Below are positions 49,383 to 61,779 of a stretch of 64,000 nt of DNA, in pieces. The position numbers were made by a program, and so were the translations under genes. The notes under the pieces were generated by a model. It made no database searches and had not been told where the DNA came from. It saw only the letters and a program-made list of their open reading frames with translations. This DNA is from the human T2T-CHM13v2.0 reference genome, Homo sapiens, in the NCBI RefSeq assembly GCF_009914755.1, contig NC_060941.1, one strand, 5' to 3'. Position 1 is the stretch's first letter; each line of letters opens with the position of its first letter.

Positions 49383-49401
49383 GAAAAGAAAGAAAGAAAA
49401 A
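49282..49401. repeat. (GAAA)n compound microsatellite
   Basis: About 120 bp pure purine tract. Confidence 0.95.
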
Positions 49402-50640
49402 TGGGAGCAGTGGAGAGGGTGACTCAGGGTATGATGTGAAAGCTCTGATTGGACCTGGGCCCAACTTCTTGGTCCTATAGGGGAGGGTCCCTTAACACCT
49501 TGTCCTGCCTCCATCCCCTGCTGTGCACCATGAGTCCAGGTTTGCCTGTCAGGCATTGCCAATGAAAGTCTCTGAGTCCTGTGATGTTTATACACCAACC
49601 CACGTACCCCACCTCACAGTGGAAGTGAAACTGGATAAACTCTTAGGTGCTTGGGTCCTGGGAGACTTAAAGTTGAAAGTAGAGTCCTCTAGATAACTAA
49701 AAAAGGAGGAAAGAGGGAAACTTACAAGTAGTGAGATTCTTCATCGTGAGAAGGAATAGGCCTGTGTGTAATAATTCTGAATGACAGGGGCTACATTTTA
49801 GCCCTTTCCTCACCTGTTTCTTCAAGATCTTGAGCAAGTTGTTGGGCCTGTCTAAGCCTTAGTTTTATTTGCAAAACAAGAATCTCCTGTACCCTGTGAC
49901 ATTTTCTGATTTTTCTGCAAGTTCTGAAGACAAGGACCCTTGCCTACTGTTGACAGGCGAGAGTTGGTGCTCTGTTGTTACATAAAGGCATCTATTTTCC
50001 TCTCTGGTTGGTTCTTAGTTCTGGTCTCCTTTCCCTGCTGATGGATTTCTTGTCTCTCTGCTGGAATCCCCTCCTATTAAGTTCCAAACGTACTTTCCTG
50101 AAATTTCTACTCTGTCAATACTACCTAGTTTCAATGAAAAGAGAAAGGTTACAAATTTTATATATAAAAGTGGGTATTGAAAAATTCCTCTGGTCAACTC
50201 CAGGTCAGCATCCAATTCACAGCACTTTATGAGAGTGATTCTTTCAGAGAGAGACTTTTTTTTTTCAGCCCATGAAGTGACTTTCACGAGCTATGGGGCC
50301 AGCTGGGATGACAGCATGAAAACTCTTCTTTGTATAAAAAGCTGATGGGGGTGAGAAGAGGCAGCCAGGTCTGCCTGCGTCTGGCTGGGTTTGGAGGGAG
50401 GAAGAGGCTGGTAGTGCTGTGGTCCTATGGACACTCAGGTAGGGACTGCCAGATGCCTGGAGGGAATCCACTTGCTATTCCCTCCTGCGTTCTCTTTAAA
50501 TGCCAGAAGACAACAAGCCTTCATGAAATCCCTCCTAGCTAATGGTCATACAAACTTCATTTCATTTCATTCATCCAATAACTGTTGAGTATATACTACA
50601 AGCCAGGTGAAGGGCACACAGTGGGGATTCGTCTGTGTCG

Positions 50641-50877
50641 GGAAGCTTAATTTTTTTTTTAATTTTATTTTTCCATAAGTTATTGGGGTACAGGTGGTAT
50701 TTGGTTATATGAGTAAGTTCTTTAGTGGAGATTTGTGAGAACCGGGTACACCCGTCACCTGAGCAGTATAAACTGCACCATATTTGTTGTCTTTTATCCC
50801 TCACCCCCTCCCACTCTTCCCCGCAAGTCTCCAAAGTCCATTGTATCATTCTTACGCCTTTAGGAAGCTTAATTTTT
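50641..50877 (-). mobile_element. ~200-bp L1PB1-like 3' tip with perfect 15-bp TSD
   Basis: TSD ggaagcttaattttt at 50641-50655 and 50863-50877; ccataagttattggggtacaggtggtatttgg. Confidence 0.88.
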
Positions 50878-50967
50878 ACAACAACCGTATGTTAAATATT
50901 ATTATCTCTAAGACTTGGATTGTTTCCTTGTTGCAAAGCTTATGAGAACTTGACTTCTGGAGTAAGA

Positions 50968-51431
50968 TGTGCTAGTCTGGGTCCTTCGAGAAGCAAACAC
51001 CAAGATGAATTAGGCATGCAAGAATTCATCGGGAAAGATGAATTTCCTGATGAGGGAAAATGGGAAGGGAGACAGAGAAGGCTGGGAGAGGCATCAGACT
51101 ATGCTGCAGGTTTGGCCCCTGAGAGAGAGAGAGATGGAAGGAGGCCATGTAGACAGGAAAGCAGGCAGGAAGGAAAGAAAGAAGAAATGAATGAGGGAAG
51201 AACTGCAGAATAGCTTTAAGGAGCCACGCTGTTGGAGAATCTAGAGCCAAATTCATCCGTGAGAAGAGTCTCACATCTCCCCAGAACAGCACCCCTGCTG
51301 TGCTCTGTCATTGGCCCAGGGCAGCCCCTGGGACATGTGGCTTTATGTGAGAGCAGCAGTGGATTTCAGAGTGCATCAGGGCTGTGGGCCTGTTATCCTC
51401 CCAGCATGGAGGACCTGAGAGGCACTGCCAC
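50968..51431 (-). mobile_element. ERVL LTR, LTR16-like
   Basis: tgtgctagtctgggtccttcgagaagcaaacaccaagatg terminus. Confidence 0.55.
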
Positions 51432-51451
51432 AGTGCCAATCTCTGTTTCAC

Positions 51452-52060
51452 TGAGGCAGGAGAATAGGGTTTGGAGGCAGAAACATAAGACCGATTCATG
51501 CTGATTTCCTAGAACTAAACTGAAAGGAAAACCCCAACTTTCCACACTTCAGTAACAAAAGGATGAGGCTACTCCCTTTGCAAACCACCCCCTTTTCTGT
51601 GCGGCAGATGGAAAATTGAAAGTACCTCTGACTGGTTGCTTTCCACAGCCAGACTGGTTGGAGGCCAAGTCTTCCTTTGCATAGGAGTGCAACTTTGTAA
51701 CTTCACTTTAGCCTCTAATTGTTTGCTTTCCATAACCAATTAGACATTTGCATAGGAGTGTAACCTTTGTAGCTTCACTTCAGCCTCTGATTGCAGGCCA
51801 CCACTTCATTTGCATGGGGTGTATACCAAGTTGCCAGTGGGAAACCTCTAGTGGGTATTTGGACCCCAGAAGATTCTTTAACTGGAGCCCTTGAGCTGCC
51901 ACTCGGCCCGCTTCCACCCTGTGGAATGCACTTTCATTTTCAATAAATCTCTGCTTTCTTTGTTTCAGTCTTTCCTTGCACTGTGGTCTGTTTTGTCCAA
52001 TTCTTTGTTCAAAATGCCAGGAACCCGGACAACTTGCAGTCAAGACCCTCTACAGTAACA
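51452..52060 (+). mobile_element. Solo ERV1 LTR, MER51A/B-like
   Basis: tgaggcaggagaataggg start, AATAAA near 51942, ...ccctctacagtaaca end; CCAAT-like repeats. Confidence 0.85.
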
Positions 52061-52539
52061 TTGACATTCACTATCCAGGTGATTGTGGCAAGTTAAGTAA
52101 TTTCTCTTAGTCTCATTTCCCTCATCTTTAAGATAATTCATCTCTTAATCATGAAATTCAATGAAGGAATGAATGAGATAATGCATCTGAGAAAGATTTG
52201 TCCAGTGCTTGGCAATAGTAAGCTCTTGATATATGCTAATTATTACTAGGTTTTGTTATATTGATGGTTCAAGCTTTAATTTGTTCAAATGAAATGTTTC
52301 TTAGATCTAAATATAGAAAACAGGTTAGAGTGGAGCTTTCTAGTTGAATGGCAGTGGAAAGCCCTGTCCACTGGGCCTCTCCTGCGCTGCTACCCTAGCC
52401 CTTGGGGCATCTCTGAGGAAACCTGGGAATTGGAGAAACATAAGGAGGAATCACATCATACACACATTTAGTGTAGGTGTATTTTTGAATTTTTAGGTTG
52501 ATGGATTATTTAAAATGAATAGTTTTATTTTATAATAAT

Positions 52540-53195
52540 GCTTTTTTAAAATTATACCTTAAGTTCTGGGATACATGTATAGAACGTGCAGGTTTGTTAC
52601 ATAGGTATACACGTGCCATGGTGGTTTGCTGCACCCATCAACCCATCATCTACATTAGGTATTTCTCCTAATGCTATCCCTCCCCAAGCCCCCCACCCCC
52701 TGACAGGCCCTGGTGTGTGATGTTCCCCTTCCTGTGTCCATGTGTTCTCATTGTTCAACTCCCACTTGTGAGTGAGAACATGTGGTGGTTGGTTTTCTGT
52801 TGCTGTGTTAGTTTGCTGAGAATGATGGTTTCCAGCTTCATCCATGTCCCTGCAAAGGACATGAACTCATCCTTTTTTATGACTGCATAGTATTCCATGG
52901 TGTAAATGTGCCACATTTTCTTTATCCATTCTATCATTGATGGGCATTTGGGTTGGTTCCAAGTCTTTGCTATTGTGAATAGTGCTGCAATAAATAAACA
53001 TCTGCATGTGTTTTTATAGTAGAATGATTTATAATCATTTGGGTATATACCCAACAATGGGATTGCGGGGTCAAATGGGTATCTCTGGTTCTAGATCCTT
53101 GAGGAGTCACCACACTGTCTTCCACAATGGTTGAACTCATTTACACTCTCATCAACGGTGTAAAAGTGTTCATATTTCTCCACCTTCTCTCCATT
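52540..53195 (-). mobile_element. 5'-truncated L1PA (PA7/8-like)
   Basis: ORF2 C-terminal peptide 52755-53057 plus 3'UTR; TSD-like tgcttttt. Confidence 0.9.
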
Positions 53196-55027
53196 TTTGC
53201 TTTTTAACTTTTATTAAAATTATTAAAAAACAATATAGACTAAAATTGGCTTTTTGAGAGTGCACAGTTCTATGAGTTTTGACATATGCATAGATTTGTT
53301 TAACCACCACAACCATGGAAATACAAAAGAGATTCCTCCGTTACCCCTTTTTCATTACACCCTCCCCAACTCTTAACCTCTGGTAAGTACTTCTCTTTTC
53401 TCCATCACTATAATTTGTCTTTCTGAGAATGTCCACGAGAAGGAATCATTCAGCCTTTTGGGACTGGCCTCTTTCATTCAGCACAATGCCTTTGAGATCC
53501 ATCTAAGTTGTGTGTATCAATAGTTGGTTCCCTTTATCCCTGAGTAATATTCCAATGTACGGGTGTACCACAGTGTGCTTATCCATTTTCCTGCTAAATA
53601 AACTTTGGGTTGTTTCCAGTTTAAACAATACCTGGCACATAGTTGGGGGCGATCAATAAATGGGAGCTGGTATTATGGAGGCTAAGAATGAAAGCCCACA
53701 TTTCAGCACCCTCTATGGGGTTCTTCTATGTCTTCTTTCTTTTTAAACCCCACGGTTTGGTTTTCTACTGCAATTATTTTCCTGCTTATAAGTCACTGAA
53801 TGGAATGAGTCAAAATTCATTTCCTTTGGGCATCAGTGGCTAAGGCAGGGAGGCAGCTACCAGTTAATGTCTTTTCTTTGTCGGTTTCTCGCTCTCTGTC
53901 TCTCCCCAAGGTCAGATTCCACCCCTGCCCCACCCACCCCAGGTGATAAGCAATGGCTTCAGGACTAAAGTGTATCATTGATTGTGACTAAATGCACACT
54001 TAGCACTGTAGCTTGATTCACTTAACTTTCTCTTCCAGGCTCTTCTACTTTATATTCTTAAGCCACTCATGGACAGCATGCCCTTTTATCCATCCCAGCT
54101 GATATTTTTCAAGCATTTTAGCAACTCTGACCTCATTCTTTATTTAGCAACTTCATTATTTCAGTCCCAAGCTGTTAAACATTCATCTTCACTAATATCA
54201 ACATTATTAGGATTTGTTTGAGTAACGAAGACACAATGCTATTTAAATTGCAACTGGAGTCTGAGGAAAGTAGAGCTGGTTAAATTGAAGACCTTCCATT
54301 CTGTCGAGCCTTCCAGGGGTTTGGTCTGGCTATTCAAAGGCAGTCTGGAGCTGGAGAGAGCAGAAAGACTTTGCCTAACTGAGGGAGATGAATTTAGAAT
54401 TTCCAGGGAGCAATTCAAGAGGGCAAGAGTCAGGAGGAATAAAGGAAGGCAAAGCATGAAAGAAGAGCCTACAGGATGGCACTAGGCTTGGAACCGCATG
54501 ACTAGGTAGCCAGTGAAACATCCCCATAGGTGGATTTTCTCTACTTTCCTGTGATACAGTATTCACACATTATTATGAGGTTAATGATGTGAACTATCAA
54601 TTAACCACCTTTCCTTCCCTTGGGCTCTAACTGGTTGAGATTAGATACTTGGATTCAAATGTGATAAGGTCGTTCTCCTAAGAACAAGGCTGTCTGATGT
54701 TCAATTTGAAACTGTCCATAGAGTCCTTTTCTATCCCTTCCATCCCTGGACTTCTTAATAATATCAAATACACACCCAAATGGCACCTGAGAATGATTTC
54801 ATCCTGGAAAACACAAGATCTCTTTCTCATTTCTATGTCTACAGGAAGTGGGGGAGAGAGAGAATCTATGTTGGATGGAGGGAAGATGAATACAATGACT
54901 TAATTTTACGAAAGCTGGAGTTTGGAGCCAGAGAGGGGCACTTCTCTACTTGCTCCCACCATTTCTCCACCAAGAACCCACCTCAAGTTGGGAAAGCTTT
55001 ATGCTCTGTGGGAGATGGGATAAAGGG

Positions 55028-55409
55028 TGTTATGGGATGAATTCTGTCCTTTCAAAATTTATATGTTGAAGTTCTAACTCCCACTACCTTAGACAAAGCC
55101 ATTAGAGAGGTATTTAAGGTTAAACAGGGTCATAGTGGTGGGGCTATACTCCAGTAACCCTGGTGTCCTTATAAGAAGAAAAAGAGATGCCTGGATGCAC
55201 GTACACAGAGAAAAGTCCACGTGAGGACACAGCGAGAAGACAGATGTCTGCAAGTCTAGGGGAGAGGCCTCAGGAGAAACCAACCCTGCTGGCACCTTGG
55301 TCTTGGACTTCCAGTCTCCAGAACTGTGAGAAATAAATTTCTGTTGGTTAAGCCAACAAGTCTGTGGTATTTTGTTTTGTTTCTAGGCAGCCCTAGAAAA
55401 TTAGTACCA
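55028..55409 (+). mobile_element. MaLR LTR, MLT1B-like
   Basis: tgttatgggatgaattctgtcc start; ccagaactgtgagaaataaatttctg. Confidence 0.8.
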
Positions 55410-55496
55410 GGGATTAGGTGATCTAATCTACATCTCGAGAGGCAGGGAGATCTCAGCTGATGTGTGGGATATCTTTGGTAAGAAATGATGTCTGTG

Positions 55497-55938
55497 GAAG
55501 CAACCTAAATGCCTATCACTGATAGACTGGATAAAGAAAATGTGGTACATATACACCATGGAATACTATGCAGGCATAAAAAGAATGAGATCATGTCCTT
55601 TGGAGGGACATGGATGGAGCTGGAAGCTGTTATCCTCAGCAAACTAACACAGGAACAGATAACTGAACACCGCATGTTCTCACTTATAAGTGGGAACTGA
55701 ATGATGAGAACACATGGACGCATGGGAGGGAACAACACACACTGGGGCCTGTTGGGGTTGGCAAGGGTGGAGGGAGGGAGAGCATCAGGAGGAATAGCTA
55801 ATGAATGCTGGGCTTAGTACCTAGGCGATGGGATGATCTGTGCAATAAATTACCATGGCACACATTTACTGATGTAACAAACGTGCACATCCTGCACATG
55901 TATCCCTGAACTTAAAATAAAAGTTGAAAGAAAAAAAA
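55497..55938 (+). mobile_element. L1PA (older) 3' end
   Basis: ORF2 end (GTWMELEAVILSKLTQEQ...ISGN) plus 3'UTR ending gaacttaaaataaaagtt. Confidence 0.88.
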
Positions 55939-56100
55939 CCACAAAAGCCCCCAAAACAACACACTACCATCTAAATAAAAAAAATGATGTCTGCATCCCA
56001 TCTTATACAGAGCATGACACAGAGGCAGCTGAAGTATAGGGGCAAAGCATCGAGATATAGAGACAGAAGACCTGGCTACTTCTGGGACAGATAGGTGACA

Positions 56101-56212
56101 GCAAAAACAAACAAACAAGACAACAAATAATAACAAACCAACCAAAAACAACAAAAAACCCACAAAACCCAAAAAAACCCCAAGACCAAAAACCAACCAA
56201 CCAAACAAAAAA
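56101..56212. repeat. Degenerate A/C low-complexity tract
   Basis: About 110 nt almost entirely A and C. Confidence 0.85.
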
Positions 56213-57097
56213 ATGCTGTGTTTGGATTCTCGCCAGCCTGTGACCTTGGACAATGATCTCTGTGAGCCCCACTTTCTTCCAGCAGCAATAGGATACTTGT
56301 GAAAATTGTCACAACTGCTTTACTGGCTTTGTAGACACAAAGAGAGTACACAAAAGGTCTTTATTACTTGGAAAGCATGACTGGCTTTTCTTGCCTCATT
56401 TGTCTTTTACCCAGGATCTAGTGGAACCATTTGGTTGTTGAACCAGGAATAGTGAAAAGCAAATGACGATTGTTATAAAGATGACGAACTTTAGAAGTAC
56501 CTCTGTCATCTCTTACAGAAGAAAAAAAAAAGACATCTCCTGAGTGAAGAATGAAAAGCAGAAATCCCTTTTACTTCTAAAATGTGTCAGAAGATACACT
56601 GCGTTGTCACTAATAGAGAAAATTCAGTGTTTTTTCTGCTTTCATAAATAACTATGGCTTCTATTGGCAAAAGCTTTTGCAAAAAGAAATTTGGAAAAAT
56701 GTATCAAGATTCTTAAAAATATATTCATAATCTTTGACACAGTAGCTCCATTGATAATAATTTATCTTAAGGAAATAATTTAAAATGTAGAAAGCCATAT
56801 GGTTAAGAGATTTCCTATAACTTTATTTACTATGATATAAATTTGGAAATATCCTAAATATTTAAAGTTAGGAGAATAGCTAAATAAGTCATACATCCAC
56901 ACAATGGAAGATAATGTAATCATTAAAAAATACATAAATGTGTATATTTTTAAATGAGAAAGGAAGAAGACAAAATTGGAAGGAAATACAACAAAATGAT
57001 AGCTGTGTGGTTGGTAGTAGAATTATTTATTTTTATTTAATGCTTTATACTTCTGTTGATACACTTCCATAGTGAAACTGCATTAGTTTTATAATCA

Positions 57098-57450
<353 letters not shown>

Positions 57451-57792
57451 GGGTGACAGTGTATAAATACTCTCCTCCCCTGTGACATAGAGATAATTCT
57501 GCCTACCCGAATATCACACATGAAGTGTGAAGTTCAAGTGAAGTATTATATGGAAACATTTGTTCTCATATTCCTCCTTAGCCCGTAAGAGAACAAATGA
57601 TGCTTTTGCCCAGCCAGCAGGGAAGAAGTGAAAAGAGACCCTCTAGTTCTCCTTCCACCCATTCATTCTTCACCTCTTTCTAATGGAGGGGCAGCGCTAG
57701 CCTGACTGGTGAAGCAGGGAAGCTATTGACATCATTAGCCTAGTTTATCTATTGGTGGGTTCGTGTTTCCTTCTGGCCGCTTAGACTCAATT

Positions 57793-58415
<623 letters not shown>

Positions 58416-58814
58416 TGAATGCAGGAGGGGGAGCAGGCCAGCTCTTTCTTAGGGGCTAATTCTCTGCAGCTTGTAAGGCAGAGAGCAGAAAGCACATTTA
58501 GGACTTCATTCAAACCGTGTTCTCCAATCTAGTTTTATCATTAATGAGGCTGATTTTATTCTGAGCCTCATTTGATTCCATTCTCTACCAGTTAGAGCCC
58601 AGAGGACAGAAGCGGGAGTTAATTGACAGTTTCTATCTCCAACACCATAATAAAGTGTGACTACTGTATCACTGAGAAAATAGAAAAAGTAGTACAAAGC
58701 TCTGCATGGGGAAGCAAGTGAAGGATTAGCAAGCTTGGCTGCGGATGGAGCATATAAGTCTACTAGGTCCAGAAGGTAAAGGAGGGAGGATATTTCAGAT
58801 AGAGATTAATAGAC

Positions 58815-59947
58815 ATAAGAAAAACCGAAGACCAAAGTGTTTATTTTTCTATTCCCTCTCACATACTACTCAACACAACATTTCTGACACCAGATTCATG
58901 GGGGAGGTTTCCTCACACACCAAGCAAGCAATTTTTCAGTGGACACCAGCTGGGTATCCTCTATTTCAATTCAATTCTGACACTACCTGGAGAGAGTGTC
59001 AGATCCCACAGGTTGAGGGCTCAGTCCTGCAAGACTCCTGCCTCCCACCCCAACGTCAGATGCTAATTGCAAACTCAGGGTGTGACCTGTGCTTCTGACC
59101 CACGTGCTATAAATTGTGGTTTCTATGACCCCCCTCCTTAGGCTTGATTAAGTTGCCAGGGCAGCTCACAGAACTCAGGGAATGCTTTACTTATACTAAG
59201 TCATTTTTTATAAGGGATATGACAAAGATTACAGATGAGTAGCCATATGGGGCAAGTCATGTGGGAAGGGCTGAGGAACTTCCACAGCCTCTCCACCCTC
59301 TTAGAACCTCAATATGTTCAGCCATCCAGAAGCTTCCTTAACCTAGTCCGTTTACTCTTTTTTTTTTTTTTTTTTTTAGTACTTTAAGTTCTAGGTTATA
59401 TGTGCACAACGTACAGGTTTGTTACACAGGTATACATGTGCCACGTTGGTTTGCTGCACCCATCAACTAGACATTTACATTAGGAATTTCTCCTAATGTT
59501 ATCCCTCCCCCAGCACCCCACCCCCTGACAGGCCCCGGTGTGTAATGTTCCCTGCCCTGTGTCCATGTGTTCTCATTGTTCAACCCTTTTACGTTTTAAT
59601 GGAGGATTCATTACATAGGCAAAACTGATCAGATCATTGGCCACTGGTGATCAACTCAACCTTCAACCCCTCTTTCCTCCTTGGAGGCTGGGTGTTGGCT
59701 GAACGTTACAAACCTCTAATCACATGGTTGGTTCCCAGCTCCCATCTTGGGCTACCCAGGAGCCCCCCAAGAGTCACCTCATTAGAACAAAAGAGGCTCC
59801 TATCACCTAGGAAAACCCAAGGGATTTAGGAGCTCTGTGTCATACACTCCTATCACTCAAGCTATTACAAGGGTTTTAGGAGCTCTGTGCCAAGAAGCAG
59901 GGATGAAGACCAAATATATAGCTCTGATTTTAAGTTATAATGTCACA
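58815..59947 (-). mobile_element. Solo LTR, MER21-like, interrupted by an L1PA 3' tip (59357-59585)
   Basis: aattcaattctgacact..ctggag..agtgtcagatcccacaggttgagggctcagtcc; ttttaggagctctgtgccaag. Confidence 0.8.
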
Positions 59948-61779
59948 GAGAGAAAGTGTGGAGATATAAAAATCCTTAGTGTCCTGAGTTCAGCAGTAAG
60001 TCTTGTGATTGAAAGACACAGAGAACGTTTGGGGAATGTCACATGAGACTAGAAATGTATATTGGGGTCTGGAGTGCCATGCTAATGAGTCTGAATTCTG
60101 TCCTGAAGAAACTTTATAGCCATGAGAAAAAACCTATGCATAGTCATATCTATAGTTCAGTGGCCAATGTTCGATGTGGGTTTTAAACCTGTTTGCTGTG
60201 TGAACCCCAGGTGGGACTGGAACTAGTGTTTTTCATGCGGGATGTCTACTTGAAAATTCTCTTTCATCTCTTAGCCTCTTTCTTCCCTATGTTTTTTTCT
60301 GCAGCAATTTGAGAAGTAAATGAGCCATCACAAGCAGAGTTTCTTGCAAGGCTGGCTCCAGGCAAACCTGTTAAGTGGACGTTTCTGGTGGCACCTTCAG
60401 TTTTCTCCAGCCTCGTCACACCTGGTGGGCTCCTTCCACTCCTTCATGCAGACACTGCTGTCCCCCTCCATCAACACCTTCCTTCAGGGAAGGAGCTGGA
60501 TCTCATCTTCACTGGGACAATGGCTGGGTAACAGCTGATAGCCTTGCTGCTTTCTGCTGAATATGTTTTTTTTTCCAAAAGACCAAAAAGAAAAAAAAAA
60601 AAGGACTAAACCCCTTAAGGTGGGTAAGTGAAGGCCAGGCATTAGTCATTAGCCAGTAGTAAAGGAAGTGTTATTCAGGCAGGAAGACACTACCACTGTC
60701 CCTGAGGCTGCTGTCTATACTGCTGATGGTTGCGTAGTCCCCTCTTAAGGACGTGGGGAGGCAGGTGTATATGTACCTGTAAGTGCACACCTGTCCATCA
60801 GCACTGCTTCGAGTCAGAGAACTCTTGTTGAATACAAGGTTTATCTGCCCACAGTGGGCTCGTGAGTTTGTGGTGGTGTTTCAGAACTGCTGAAGAATCA
60901 TGAGTGAGGAGTCCAAGGGAATTCACTTCCTCCCCTTTTTTTTCTTGACTGGGCAAAGTTTCTTTAAACTGTCACATATGAAGCAAGCACTCTGTAGAAG
61001 AGAAGCTTCAACACAAAGTGCCTTTTGCAGTCTTGTTTTAGAAACACATTCTTATAGCTGCTCCTCATGCATAATTCCATTTTGCTGTCAACCCTTACGA
61101 CTTCAACAAAAACTAGGATGTGTGGAGCACCTACTAAGTTCTGAGAAATGTGCCACGTGCTGAGGATACAAAGGTGAATAATCTTTACACAATTCCTGTC
61201 CTCAAGGTGATCTCAGTGTAGTGGAAGAGATAGACACATTAAAGGTTAAATGCATTACTGAGAGATCTAGCACAGGCCCAGGAACATAGAGAAAGGGCAT
61301 CTTTCAAAAGTCCACGCTTTTGGCAGTCTGGAGGTCATTGGTGACCCAGGAGGAGCAAATTCAATAGGGTGGTTGCAGGAGGCAAAAGCCAGATGTTAGT
61401 GGGTTGAAAAAAAAATGGAAAGAGAAAAAGTGTGGAAAGCAACTATAAATTACTATTTTGGGAAATTCGGATGAGCAAGTGAGGAGAAACTGGATATCAG
61501 CCGGAGGGTCACATGATAAATGAAGGATTTTTAGGGTTCATTTTTATTCATTAAAAATTTATTGACTCCCTGCTATGTCCCAGACATCCTTGTGCTAAGT
61601 ACTGATGCAATAATGAACATGGCAGACACCGTTCTTGCTTCCAGGGAACTTATAATCTAATGAGTGACAAAAACAAGTAATGGTCAGGGAAGGAGAGCAG
61701 GGAAATGAGGAGACAACTTCAAGGCAAAGAGGGCGATGGGAGAAAAGTGTGTAGAGAAAAAAGCATATAGCAGATGTGC

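Noticed and set aside
49146-49598. ORFs with FFLS/KERK repeats
   Set aside because: Translations of the (GAAA)n microsatellite
55912-56351. Hydrophobic membrane-like ORFs
   Set aside because: Artefact of the G/T-only minus strand of the A/C tract
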